This document shows positions 30,393 to 41,345 of a DNA stretch of 64,000 nucleotides, one piece after another (position 1 is the stretch's first letter; each line of letters begins with the position of its first letter). A program made the translations under genes and the position numbers. The stretch comes from Eledone cirrhosa (Eukaryota). A model generated the notes under the pieces. The model was not told the DNA's origin, did not search any database, and saw only the letters and a list, made by a program, of their open reading frames with translations. Where the stretch lies: the NCBI GenBank assembly GCA_964016885.1, contig OZ024754.1:18476001-18540000 (forward strand), read 5' to 3'.

Positions 30393-30968
30393 ATGGCATC
30401 CAGAAAGAAGGTGCTGCTTAAAGTAATTATTCTTGGAGACAGTGGTGTTGGAAAGACTTTTTTGATGAATCAGTATGTGAATAAAAAATTCAGCAACCAA
30501 TACAAAGCTACAATAGGAGCTAATTTCCAAACAAAAGAGGTAATGGTTGTCACAATGCAGATATGGGACACAGCTGGTCAAGAACATTTTCAAAGTCTTG
30601 GGGTTGTTTCTATCGAGGAGCAGACTGCTGTGTGCTGGTATTTGATGTAACAGCACAAGTTACTTTCAAATCTTTGGACAGTTGGAGGGATGAATTCCTA
30701 ATACAAGCTAACTCTCGAGAACCTTTTCTTGTCATAGGAAGCAAAATTGATTTAGAGAACAGAGTGATTTCTGCCAAAAGAACACAAAGAAGAGATACCT
30801 TATTTTGAAACTAGTGCAAAAGAAGCAATAAATGTTGAACAAGCTTTCCAAACAGTGGCAAAGAATGCTTTAGCCCAAGAAACAGAAGTGGAGCTGTATA
30901 ATGAATTTTCAGATCAGATTAAGATTATAAGTGACCAGAACAAACCTCCAGAAGGATGTAGCTGTTAA
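30393..30968 (+). pseudogene. RAB7: Rab7 processed pseudogene (intronless retrocopy), antisense inside a TRNT1-like intron
   Basis: [22 protein letters not shown]...WDTAGQE...FYRGADCC...YFETSAK...EGCSC* with a CXC prenylation end and no introns. 1-nt frameshift at ~30607, a second frameshifting deletion at ~30790, two in-frame ~12-nt deletions (DDRL, PENF), and NKID>SKID. Confidence 0.95.
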
Positions 30969-31181
30969 AGAACCTTATAATAAAAAAGGGCTTGGTTTGA
31001 TGTGCCTTGTGTTTGACCCATTCTGACCATTCTGAGGGACAGCTGCTGTTGCTGACCTCGCACCCACACACACACATACATACATACATACATACATACA
31101 CACACTTTTAGTGTGTAAAAATATGTTATAAATGTCCATCTGTGTGAATGTGTGTATATATTATATATACATACAACCTGC

Positions 31182-31228
<47 letters not shown>

Positions 31229-31374
31229 CTATTAGGTGATCGCCATGTTAAGCAATGCTGAGATGTGAGTTTTAAAAAAAAAACGAGCATTAGTGTTGAA
31301 GGCAGAACGAAGATAAATGTTAAATTTTCAATTTCCTGATTTCTTTGGATGTTCATATATATATATATATATGT

Positions 31375-31651
31375 ATCATCATCATCATCATCATCATCGT
31401 TTAACGTCCATATTCCACGCTTGCATGGGTTTAGACGGGAGTTTTCCCACTTGAAGCAAGAGTGGTTGTCTTGCTCGCATAGGACTGTCTGGCGGGTTTT
31501 CTACGGCTGGATGCCCTTCCTAACACCAACCACATTTACAGTGTGGAACTGGGAGGTTTTTACCGTGTTACCTACACAGCCACATTACAGCATGGACTGT
31601 GTGTTTTTTTTGTCGTGACACCTACACGACCTCATTTGTTTCGGGCTGGAT
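31375..31651 (-). mobile_element. RTE family B 3' UTR-only copy with (ATG)n tail
   Basis: Nearly identical to the 3' end of the adjacent copy at 31662 and those at 56162 and 57560. Embedded in (TA)n. Confidence 0.85.
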
Positions 31652-31661
31652 GTTATATATA

Positions 31662-32712
31662 TCATCATCATCATCATCATCAACGTTTAACGTCCGTGTT
31701 CCACGCTTGCATGGGTTTGGACGGGGGTAGTCCCACTTGAGGCAAGAGTGATTGTCTTGCTCGCATAGGACTGTCTGGCAGGTTTTCTACAGTTGGATGC
31801 CCTTCCTAACACCAACCACATTTACAGTGTGGGTCTGGGAGGTTTTTACCGTGTTGCCTACACGGCCACATTACAGCGTGGACTGTGTGTTTTTTTGTCG
31901 TGACACCTACACGATCTCATTTGTTTCGGCCTGGATGGCGCGGCACCAACATAACTTTACATAGGACGGGGTGGTGTGGATGGGTGGGGGTGGTGGCGGG
32001 ACGGGGTGTATTTTGTTAGAGATGCCTACTGGCAAGGCGGGTTTTCTCTGTTACTGAGTACCGCCAAAGGCCTCGGTCCAGTGACATTGTCTTGGAGAGG
32101 TGTAAGTGTGTGAGGTCGGAGTTTATCAGCTCGTCCCAGGTTTTTCTAGGTCTGCCTATTCCGTGGCTACCGTCTATCTTTATTGCCCTGCACTTTGTTA
32201 TACAGCTATCGACTTTCATGCGCATCACGTGTCCATACCAACGTAGCCTTCTCTCGAGTAAACAACATCTGATCCCTCTTATCTCTAATTTTTTTCTTAG
32301 TTCGTTTATGCTTTGCCGTTCACGTATATTACTGTTACACATCCAGCGGAGCATGCAAGCTTCGTTCCTCTCTAGTCTGCGTATATCCTCTGCACACAAT
32401 GCCCAGGTCTCACTGCCATGCAACATTGCTGTTCGTATGCAGGCATCGTACAACCTGCCTTTCATTTTTAGGGAGAACCCTTTAGCAGCTAATAGTGGTA
32501 TAAGCTCTCTGAACTTTTTCCAACCAGTTCTGACTCTAGCTACAGTACTTTCAGAGCACCCTCCCCCACTGCTGATTTTATCGCCCAGGTAACGGAAGCT
32601 GTCCACTATTTCTATAGAACCCTCTGCGCAATTGAAAGAGCTAGTATTTTGTGGGCACTTGCTGCTACTTATTGCACCAGAACACCGGCCACATGTAAAA
32701 TCTATGTTCTTA
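31662..32712 (-). mobile_element. 5'-truncated RTE LINE family B (RT C-terminus plus 3' UTR)
   Basis: ORF 32016-32768: DSFRYLGD...MLHGSETW...[10 protein letters not shown]...GRPRKTW. (ATG)n tail; truncated at (TA)n. Confidence 0.92.
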
Positions 32713-32739
32713 GATATATATATATATATATATATATAT

Positions 32740-33160
32740 AAATGGAATAGAATGAAACAAAATTTCATTTCTCACTCTTAGTATGGCACTTACTTAAATT
32801 TAAGTATGTATGTATGTATACGTACATACATATATATATATATACAGACGTACAGTAGTATGTATATATATACATACATGCACACATATATATATATGCA
32901 CGTATCGGTTTACCGAACATTTATTATGATGCTCGGTTTGTTTGTTTGTAAATAAACACAGCCCAAATTACGCCGTACAGTGTTTAGGCAACCACGTCAC
33001 CTTTTTTTGTTCAACACTGACACAGGAACGATGTACTAGTTTCAAGATTATTAGCTATCGTCAGCATCGTATACCTTCCTGCCAGATGGTTGAATGATAC
33101 GTGCATATATATATGTGTGCATGTATATATATATATACATACTACTGTACGTCTGTATAC
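32740..33160. mobile_element. Non-autonomous fold-back/MITE-like element, related to 58873-59345
   Basis: Inverted repeats at ~32843-32906 and ~33096-33157. Shares aatgaaac.aaatttcatttc.cactcttagta, ttgttcaacactgaca and ctggcaggaaggtatacg blocks with 58.9-59.3 kb. Confidence 0.6.
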
Positions 33161-33199
33161 ATATATGTATACACACATACATACATTTATATATATATA

Positions 33200-33858
33200 T
33201 ATAATTGAATAAACAAGAGAGATGAATACTAATATAAACATACATGTGTTCAATTATATTGTACGGCTTGGAAAAGTTTTTTTCTTAGAGCTATTTAATT
33301 GTAAGGGACAACCCTGAGTTCTTAACTCAATATATATTTGTCGGCTCCATCATATAGAGCTAATTTTTATTGTCCTGTCAGCCAGGCTGCTATTTTTAAT
33401 GGTAGGGAATTTCGAGACAAGCTGGGTTCAAAATGACACGTGTGATAATTCATATCGTACACAATTCATTCTCTAATATTTTTAGAAGTGAAAGGATCAC
33501 TAATTTCTCAACAACTACTGAGGAGCAGGGAAACGTGAAAACTTCACTTAATAAGTCGTTGCGAAACAGTCTCCAATACTGTCTAGTTGTTATCAGGCTT
33601 TTTTGCCCAATATAGGTCTGTTATTTTTCTTAATTTTTCTTAATTTAATATTTAAAGTTAAGGATAACAAACTATATTGCTGTAGTTAGTATTTTTTCAC
33701 CCTAGCAAATTTTAGTCCTTACGATTCGAACACATGTATGTTTATATTAGTGTTCATCTCTCTTGTTTATTCAATTATATTGTACGGCTCGGAAAAGTTT
33801 TTTTCTTAGAGCTATTTAATTGTAAGGGACTACCCTGAGTTCTTAACTCAATATATAT
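33200..33858 (-). mobile_element. Probable decayed Penelope-like element remnant
   Basis: Direct repeat 33250-33338 / 33770-33858 plus inverted repeat ~33200-33251 / ~33729-33780. Minus-strand remnants SNIV and TYIGQ resemble the GIY-YIG endonuclease. Confidence 0.4.
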
Positions 33859-34249
33859 ATATATTTATGTGTATGATTATATATAGCTGTATATATGAGT
33901 GTTGATGTGTGTCTATATGTATGTATGTGTGTGCATATAAATATACGTAATATCTTATATAGGATGGCGATATTTGTGTATTTGTATATGATAAAAAGCT
34001 GAGTTAGATGATCGCCATTTCCTACCACATACTCACCCCCACCTCCACCACCTCCGGTATACATGCCTGACGCTGTATGCTAAACACTCCCTCGTGCATA
34101 TACCACCTTAAACCCAATTCTGCTCAGAGCAGACACGGGGCGGACGGAGGCTCTGTAAGCTGTAGTGTAGGCAACCTGTCTAGGAGAGCTACCACTCCGA
34201 ATAAATTGGTGCGAGGTAGAGAAGTCCCCTAAGTCCACTAAGATGACTT

Positions 34250-37015
34250 CCCTAGTGCTGGTGGCACGAATAAAAGCACCCGGTCCATGCTGAAAAATGT
34301 AGGTAATGGTAGTAGCATTCAGCTATTAAAAACCATGCCAAACTATGGGGTGGAGGGGGCCGCTGAGTCCAGTAAGACAACCCCTCTAGTGCTGGTGGCA
34401 CGAATAAAAGCACCCAGCCCATGCTGTAAAGTGGTGCTGGTGTTAGGAAGGGCATCCAACCAGTGTATTAATGCCAAAACAATTATGAGCACAACAACAA
34501 ATATATATCGCAATAACTGCGTGAACAGCAATAAAACTAACCATGTTAGGGCTGTGCACGGTAGTGGGGTGGCTAGTACGGCCATGTGTGAGAAACCCTG
34601 GACCGTCATCAAGCAATTGCACAACATGATTATAAACCATTTTTCATTGCAGAAAAAGAAGAAACAATGAAATACTCACATCTCAGGATTGCCACACTTA
34701 ATAATCTACCAATCAGGCGAGCACATAAGCCAAATTGACTTCTTGCTAGTTAGGCAGCAGGACAGATGGATGGTTCCAATACTAAGGCATACCTTGGGGA
34801 AGAATGTACTTTCCAGCATAGGTTAGTCGTTAGTGACATCTCAATAAGCAAGAGATGGAATGAGACATACAGGAAGGTGTGGAAAAGGAAGGTCTGGAAA
34901 GCTCTTCAAGATGTGTATGATGAAAAAGAAGATGAGTTAGAATCATATGACATAGATGATAACTGGAATTTCTTACGTGACAACTTACTGCAGGCTACTG
35001 AAGAAACTTGTGGCTGGAGCAGAGCTCCAACCAGACAGAGAGTGACTTGGTGGTGGAACAGCATGGTAGATAGGGCCATTAGAGACAAAAGACTAGCATG
35101 GAATGCTTGGAAAAATGGTGGGAGTAGAGAAGGATATACAGCTACTAAGAGAGAAGCTAGACGCCAGGTGTACTTAGCACGCAGCGAGGCTGAGAGTAGG
35201 AGGTTTGACAATGTTCTGCGACGGGAAGATCAGAGACATGCGGTTTTCCACATTGTAAGGCAGTGTGTCAATGCAAATCAGGATGTTGTTGGAGATAAGT
35301 GTGTCCGAAATGATACCAGTGTACTTAGTGTCACGAATGATCAGAAAAAGGAAGCCTGGAAATGTCATTATGAGAGACTGATGAATGTGGAGAAAGAATG
35401 GGAGAGAGAGAAATTACCCTCAGTAGATCCAACAGAGAGACCAGCTATTGAGATTGACGAATATAGGGTCCAAGAGGCAATTAAGGAAATGAAAAATGGT
35501 AAGGCCACTGGACCATCGGGGATAGTTGCTGAGATGCTGAAGGCATCAGGAGAAGTAGGAACTAAACTGGTCGCATGCATTGTCAATCAAGCTATATATG
35601 GCAGAGTCATACCCAAAGACTGGTGCAGCAGTATTCTCATAAATTGCTACAAAAGTAAAGGGAGATGCTCTGGAGAGGAGCAATTATAGGGGCATAAAAC
35701 AGATGGACCAGGTTATGAAAGTGCCAGAAAGAATATTAGTGCAACTGATTAGAGAAAGGGTCAAACTAGATAAGATGCAGTTTGGTTTTGTGCCTGGGAA
35801 GAGTACAACAGATGCCCCCTTCTTAGTGAGACAACTACAAGAGAGGTTCTTAGAGAAGAATAAGCCACTATACTTAGCTTTTGTTGACCTAGAGAAGACC
35901 TTTGATAGGGTACCCCGATCTGTCATCTGGTGGTCCCTAAGGAAACTAGGTATAGAGGAATGGCTTGTGAGGACTGTGCAAGCTATGTACAGGGGTGCTG
36001 TCAGTAAAGTGAGAACAGGAATGGAGTTTAGTGAGGAATTCCAGATACATCTAGGAGTACATCAAGGCCCGCTCTTGTTCATTATAGTTCTCTAAGCCAT
36101 AACAGAGGAGTTTAAGACTGGATGCCCATGGGAACTTCTCTATGCTGACGATCTGGTACTGATAGCAGAATCAGTAGAGGAGCTAGAGAATAAATTCTGG
36201 CTATGGAAACAGCAGTTGGAATCAAGAAGACTGAGAGTGAACCTTGCTAAGACTAAAGTGTTGATAAGTAGAAAAGAGGATAAAACTCTGATTCCATCAG
36301 GGAAATGGCCATGTTTGATATGTAGAAAAGGAGTTGACATAAATTCTATAAAATGTACACAATGCCGATCTTGGGTACACAAGAGATGTAGTGGGATAGC
36401 AGGCAAACTAACATGTAGGGAAAACTACATATGCAGTAGATGTACAGGGAAATTTGACAGTAGAAGTCGCATTGATAGACACATTTTTCAAATGCAGGTA
36501 GGATCTATAGAGGTGGTTGATAGCTTCCGATACTTAGGTGATCAGATTAGGGAGGATGCTGCTCCGAGGCCATAGTATCTAGAATAAGGATAGGTTGGAG
36601 GAAGTTTAGGGAACTGCTTCCTCTGCTGACAAAGAAGGGTTTCTCCCTGCGTACGAAAGGCCGGTTATATGATGCCTGTGTGAGATGTGTGATGCTGCAT
36701 GGTAGTGAGACATGGGCAGTAACTTCAGAGGATATGTCAATGTGCATGAATGACCAAGGATAGACGAGTTGAGAGAGAAACTGTGTATAAGAGGGATAGG
36801 CTGCAGTGTGCAGGAGAGAAGACTGTGATGGTATGGACATGTGATGCGCATGGAGGATGACCGCGGGGTAAGAAGTGCCAAGAAATCCCTGTAGAAGGAA
36901 GACACAGTAGAGGAAGACCACAAAAAATGTGGGCAGAGGCGGTGAGAGCGGACCTCACATCGCTGAAGCTCAAGGAGGAGATGACGAAGGACAGTGACGA
37001 ATGGAGAGATGCTGT
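34250..37015 (+). mobile_element. Decayed RTE LINE family A (5' UTR, partial endonuclease, RT, PHD finger; 3' tail missing)
   Basis: Frameshifted ORFs 34766-35689, 35703-36095 and 36216-36575: QFGFVPGKSTTDA, FVDLEKTFD, WELLYADD, C4HC3 finger, SFRYLG. Confidence 0.93.
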
Positions 37016-37336
37016 TTTAACGATAGGGGTCTCAGTGTTTTATGTTACAGCTCACACCTCTGCACGTTCAGCTGGCATCCAATGAGGTTGTATGTTATAG
37101 GAATCTTTTTTGGTGTTTTAATGATAGGGGTCCCAGTCCTATAATAAAAAGCAATGCCAAATGAAGAGTCTTTCTCAAGAATACAACACATCACCCATTC
37201 CAGGAATTGACCCCACAAGCTTATGAACATGAGTCAAACACCCTAACCACAAAGCCAAGCCAATTCACTCTTTCTCTAGTTATTCAAATATACATTAAAA
37301 AAAAAACAAGAAATAATTGTTGTCTTTATACTTTAC

Positions 37337-37466
37337 CAAGAAACATTGCATTAATTGTGAGATCTCTTTTGTTAGCATCTTGTTGCCAATAGAAACTAAA
37401 TTCTTGTGGAGAAGTCTCCTTCACAATTATGGAATCTGTTCGAAGTGTAGAAATTTCAAAGTTTTC
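37337..37466 (-). CDS. TRNT1: TRNT1-like internal exon, 130 nt: ENFEISTLRTDSIIVKETSPQEFSFYWQQDANKRDLTINAMFL
   Basis: ttcttgtag|GAAAAC...CTTG|gtaaag. Phase 0 in and phase 1 out, matching both neighbours. Aligns without gaps to ENFEITTLRID...DAERRDLTINSMFL of animal CCA-adding enzymes. Not in the ORF track. Confidence 0.92.
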
Positions 37467-37894
37467 CTACAAGAAATCAAATATCAATATATAAATGTTA
37501 TTCTTTTTTTGTATTTACTTTGCTTGAATTGTGTTACCTTTTCAGATATTTCCTTCTCATTTTTATCGACTGCTTTGCAGTCTAAGAAGTGGGTGATGTA
37601 AGCGGAACTATTTCATACCTCACAGCAACAATGTTTCATACGTGATTTCATTAAACAAACCAATCGTTTTAGATCGCGTATGAATACATTGTTGCCTCCT
37701 CCTTATAAAATCTTCTGGTTCACCAGAGAGATAACGCTCTTGGACAGCGAGATGAACCTAGGATAACTTCTACTGTAATCCTCCCATAATCCTGCTAATG
37801 AACATCAACAAAGCATATTCCAAATTTCTTGAATTGTTCTTCTACGTTATGTTTTCTATATGAGATAGTCTACTGTGTATAGAAATTTGGCCTT

Positions 37895-39717
37895 CATCAT
37901 CATCATTTTACGTCCGCTTTTCCCTGCTTGCAAGGGTGGGACGGGTCCTATTCCGCACAGCATCTCTCCACTTATCACGGTCCTTCGTCGTCATCACCGT
38001 GAGCTTCAGCGATCTGAGGACTGCTCTCATCACCTCCGCCCATGTTTTTCGTGGTCTACCTCTACTGCATCTTCCTTCAACTGGTATTTCCTGGCACTTC
38101 TTCACCCATCGGTCATCCTCCATGCGCATCACATGTCCATACCATCGCAGTCTTCTCTCCCACACACTACAACTTATCCCTCTTATACTCAGTTTCTTTC
38201 TCAACTCGTCCATGCTCGGTCGTTCATGCACATTGACATTGCAGATCCAACTGAACATGCTTGCCCCACTTCTCTCCAGCCGTCGCATATGCTCTGCAGT
38301 TGCTGCCCGTGTCTCACTATCATGCAGCATCGCGCATCTCACACAGGCATCATATAACCGGCCTTTCGTATGCAGGGAGAAACCCTTCTTTGTCAACAGA
38401 GGAAGCAGCTCCCCAAACTTCTTCCAATCTGTCCTTATTCTAGATACCATGGCCTCGGAACACCCACCTCCCATGCTAATCTGATCACCTAGGTACCGGA
38501 AGCTATCAACCACTTCTATAACACCCACCTGCATTTGAAAAATGTGTCTATCAATGCGACTTCTACTGTCTAATTTCCCTGTACATCTACTGCATACATA
38601 TTTCTCCCTACCTGTTAGTTTGCCTGCTATCCCACTACATATCCCATGCACCCAAGATCCGCACTGTGTACATTTTATAGAATTTGTGCCAGTTCCCCTT
38701 CCGCATATCGAACATGGCCATCTCCCTGACGGAATCAGAGTTTTGTCCTCTCTTCTACTTATCAACACTTTTGTCTTAGTTAGGTTCACTCTCAGTCCCC
38801 TTGCTTCCAACTGCTGTTTCCATAGCCAGAATTTATTCTCTAGCTCCTCTACTGATTCCGCTATAAGAACCAGATTGTCAGCATAGAGAAGTTCCCATGG
38901 ACAGCCAGACTTAAACTCCTCTGTTATGGCTTGGAGGACTATAATGAACAAGAGCGAGCTGAGGACCGAACCTTGATGTACTCCTACTTGTATCTGGAAT
39001 TCCTCACTAAACTCCATTCCCACCCTCACTCCACCGACAGCACCTCCGCACAAAGCCTGCACTGTACTCACAAGCCATTCCTCAACACCCAGTCTTCCCA
39101 GGGACCACCAGATGACAGATCGGGGTACCCTATCAAAGGCCCTCGCCAGGTGAACAGAAGCTAAGTATAGTGGCTTATTCTTCTCTAAGAACCTCTCTTG
39201 TAATTGTCTCACCAAGAAGAGGGCATCTGTTGTACTTTTCCCAGGCACAAAACCAAACTGCATCTCATCTAATTTGACCCTTTCTCTATTTAGTTGCACT
39301 AATATTCTCTCTGGCACTTTTATAACCTGATCCATCTGTTTTATGCCCCTATAATTGCTCCTCTCCAGAGCACCCCCCCACCCTTGTAGCAATTTATGAG
39401 AATACTGCTGCACCAGTCTTTAGGTATGGCACCGCCATATATAGCCTGATTGATGATGTGTGCAACCAATTTAGTGCCTACGTCCCCTGATGCCTTCAGC
39501 ATCCCAGCAACCATCCCCAACGGTCCAGCGGCCTTACCATTTCTCATCTCCCTAATCGCCTCTTGGACCCTATATTCGTCAATCTCAATAGCTGGTCCCT
39601 CTGTCAGATCTACTGAGGGTAATCTCTCTCCCATTCGTTCTCCACATTCATCAGTCTCTCATAATGACATTTCCAGGCCTCCTTTTTCTGATCATTTGTG
39701 ACACTAAGTACACCGGC
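37895..39717 (-). mobile_element. 5'-truncated RTE LINE family A with clustered A>G hypermutation
   Basis: ORFs 39341-39634 and 37908-39413 (RT, PHD, C-terminus) and an (ATG)n tail at 37895. Many K>R/G, R>G, E>G, Y>C changes relative to the 34.7-37.0 kb copy. Confidence 0.95.
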
Positions 39718-39917
39718 TTTCTACAATAAATTTATGTTTATAGTAAATTGAGTGTTAAAAAGGATAATTATTTATAAATGGATGTCAGAAGCCTGTCGCT
39801 GTAAGTAAAACGTATTAAATAATCATTTGACTCCTCTTTTCCCTATATGTTTATTCTCACTGATCATTTATATACACATATTCCTATACACAAAATATAG
39901 TTACAGACACACAAATA

Positions 39918-40235
39918 TAATTAATGAGTTACCTCGTCATTAAATGATGTGTTATCTGGCCAGTAATTAATTAATTAATGAGTTACCTAGTCCTTAATTA
40001 AGGTATGTGTTACCTGGCCATTAATTAATGAGTTACTTGGTCATTAATTACTTAAGGTATGTTTTATGGCCATTATCGATAAAATAAAGTACCAGTAATG
40101 CACTGGGTAATTGCTGGCCTTGTGCCTAAAGTAGAAACAATTAATTAATTAATGAGTTACCTGGTCATTAATTAATTAAGGAATGTGTTACCTGGTCATC
40201 AAGTAATTAAGTAACGTGTTACCTTGTCATTAATC
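39918..40235. repeat. Degenerate tandem repeat derived from the exon end/splice donor, interrupted by a SINE 3' fragment (40075-40140)
   Basis: About 8 copies of gttacct(g)gtcattaatta, the last of which is the real exon junction. Confidence 0.75.
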
Positions 40236-40561
40236 CTTGCAGTAATAGTTCTATGTTTTTCCCCATTTATATTAATCATCCTGATCCCTTCTTCAGTAAA
40301 CATCATCTTCATCTCATCAGGATTTGCTGTTGTAGCAAAATCAATGTCAGTAGGTTGTATCCCTATTAAAAGATCTCGTACAGCCCCACCGGTAATCCTC
40401 AGCATATGTTGGTGTTTATCGAACACTTTGATAAGTACTTCCAACTCTGGAGTAAACAGGGCGTGGAATTCAGGAGTATCTATTTTGGTTGTTACTACAC
40501 CTGTCATCTTCTCTCTTCCTTCTGTCATCTTATTGGGAGGTTGTTCTCCAGTTATGTTTTT
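40223..40561 (-). CDS. TRNT1: TRNT1-like exon with motif A: ...[29 protein letters not shown]...[12 protein letters not shown]...DIDFATT...[14 protein letters not shown]
   Basis: GGAVRD and the catalytic DxD are intact. Donor AAG|gtaac at 40222. Acceptor AG either at 40563-40562 (in frame) or 40571-40570 (then ATG 40528 would be the start). Confidence 0.93.
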
Positions 40562-40759
40562 CTACAAACCTATTAAAAAAATAGAGAAAAATAATTTTGT
40601 TGTTAAAATAAAACATGTTTTACACATATTGCAGCATTATTTGCTAAAACAGATATAACAAAACACTCTAACAATAACACAGACTTTAATTCATACGAAA
40701 TATGCAGAGAAACGCCTACAAGCCTATAATTGAAGCCTTCCCACATTTACTCTGGGTAA

Positions 40760-40900
40760 TTCTTCCCCCTATTAGGGAATTTGTATCGTTATATTTTTAT
40801 TGTTTTACATGTTTTTACTCGATTTTATTGTAACCCCCACTGTCCCTGTTTATTGTATTGTCCCCTATATGTAGGCCCTCATGGCCAATAAAGACACAAT
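40760..40900 (+). mobile_element. 3' UTR fragment of the Tx1/L1-type LINE family
   Basis: Matches the reverse complement of 45970-46130 (ccctatt.gggaattt, ttattgtaa.cccc, tgtattgtcccct, aataaa). Confidence 0.65.
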
Positions 40901-40929
40901 TATTATTATTATTGTTGTTGTTGTTGTTA

Positions 40930-41150
40930 CTGGCAGTGGATTGGCAGAATTGTTAGAGTGTCGAAGAAAATGCTTTGTTGTACTTATTCCAGATCTTTAC
41001 GTCTTGATTTCAAATCCTGCCAAGGTTTACTTTGCTTTTCATCTTTACAAGGTTGAAAAAATAAAGCACCAGTAATGCACTGGGGTCGATTTAATTGACT
41101 TTCACCTCTCCTCAAATTGTTGGCCTTGTACCTAAATCAGAAATCATTAT
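40930..41150 (+). mobile_element. tRNA-derived SINE (older copy)
   Basis: tggcagaattgttagag head, ttcaaatcc B box and degenerate core. Confidence 0.8.
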
Positions 41151-41160
41151 TATTACTCTA

Positions 41161-41345
41161 GGCGGTGAATTGGCAGTATCGGTAGAGGGTCGGACATGCT
41201 TTCCAGCATAGTTACGTCCCTTTACATTCTGAGTTCAAATCCCGCCGAGGTTAACTTTGCCTTTCATCCTTACGGGGTCGATAAAATAAAGTACCAGTAA
41301 TACACTGGGTAATTTGCTGGCCTTGTGCCAATAGTAGAAACAATT
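41161..41345 (+). mobile_element. tRNA-derived SINE
   Basis: GGCGGTGAATTGGCAGTATCGG...GAGTTCAAATCCC head and core; flanked by duplicated ttattattactcta. Confidence 0.9.

Noticed and set aside
30291-30808. Functional Rab7 gene
   Set aside because: Two frameshifts, deletions and a G4-motif change; the ORF-track N-terminal extension is SINE sequence.
37015-37137. 22-bp direct repeat ttttaa(c/t)gataggggtc(t/c)cagt at the end of the RTE copy
   Set aside because: Too short to classify; may be a TSD or a fragment of another repeat.
37480-37870. Unique-looking intronic sequence as extra exon or transposase relic
   Set aside because: No recognisable motif or clean reading frame.
37908-39413. Active retrotransposon (501-aa ORF)
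   Set aside because: 5'-truncated, no endonuclease, YADD>YADN and FVDLEKAFD>SVHLARAFD.
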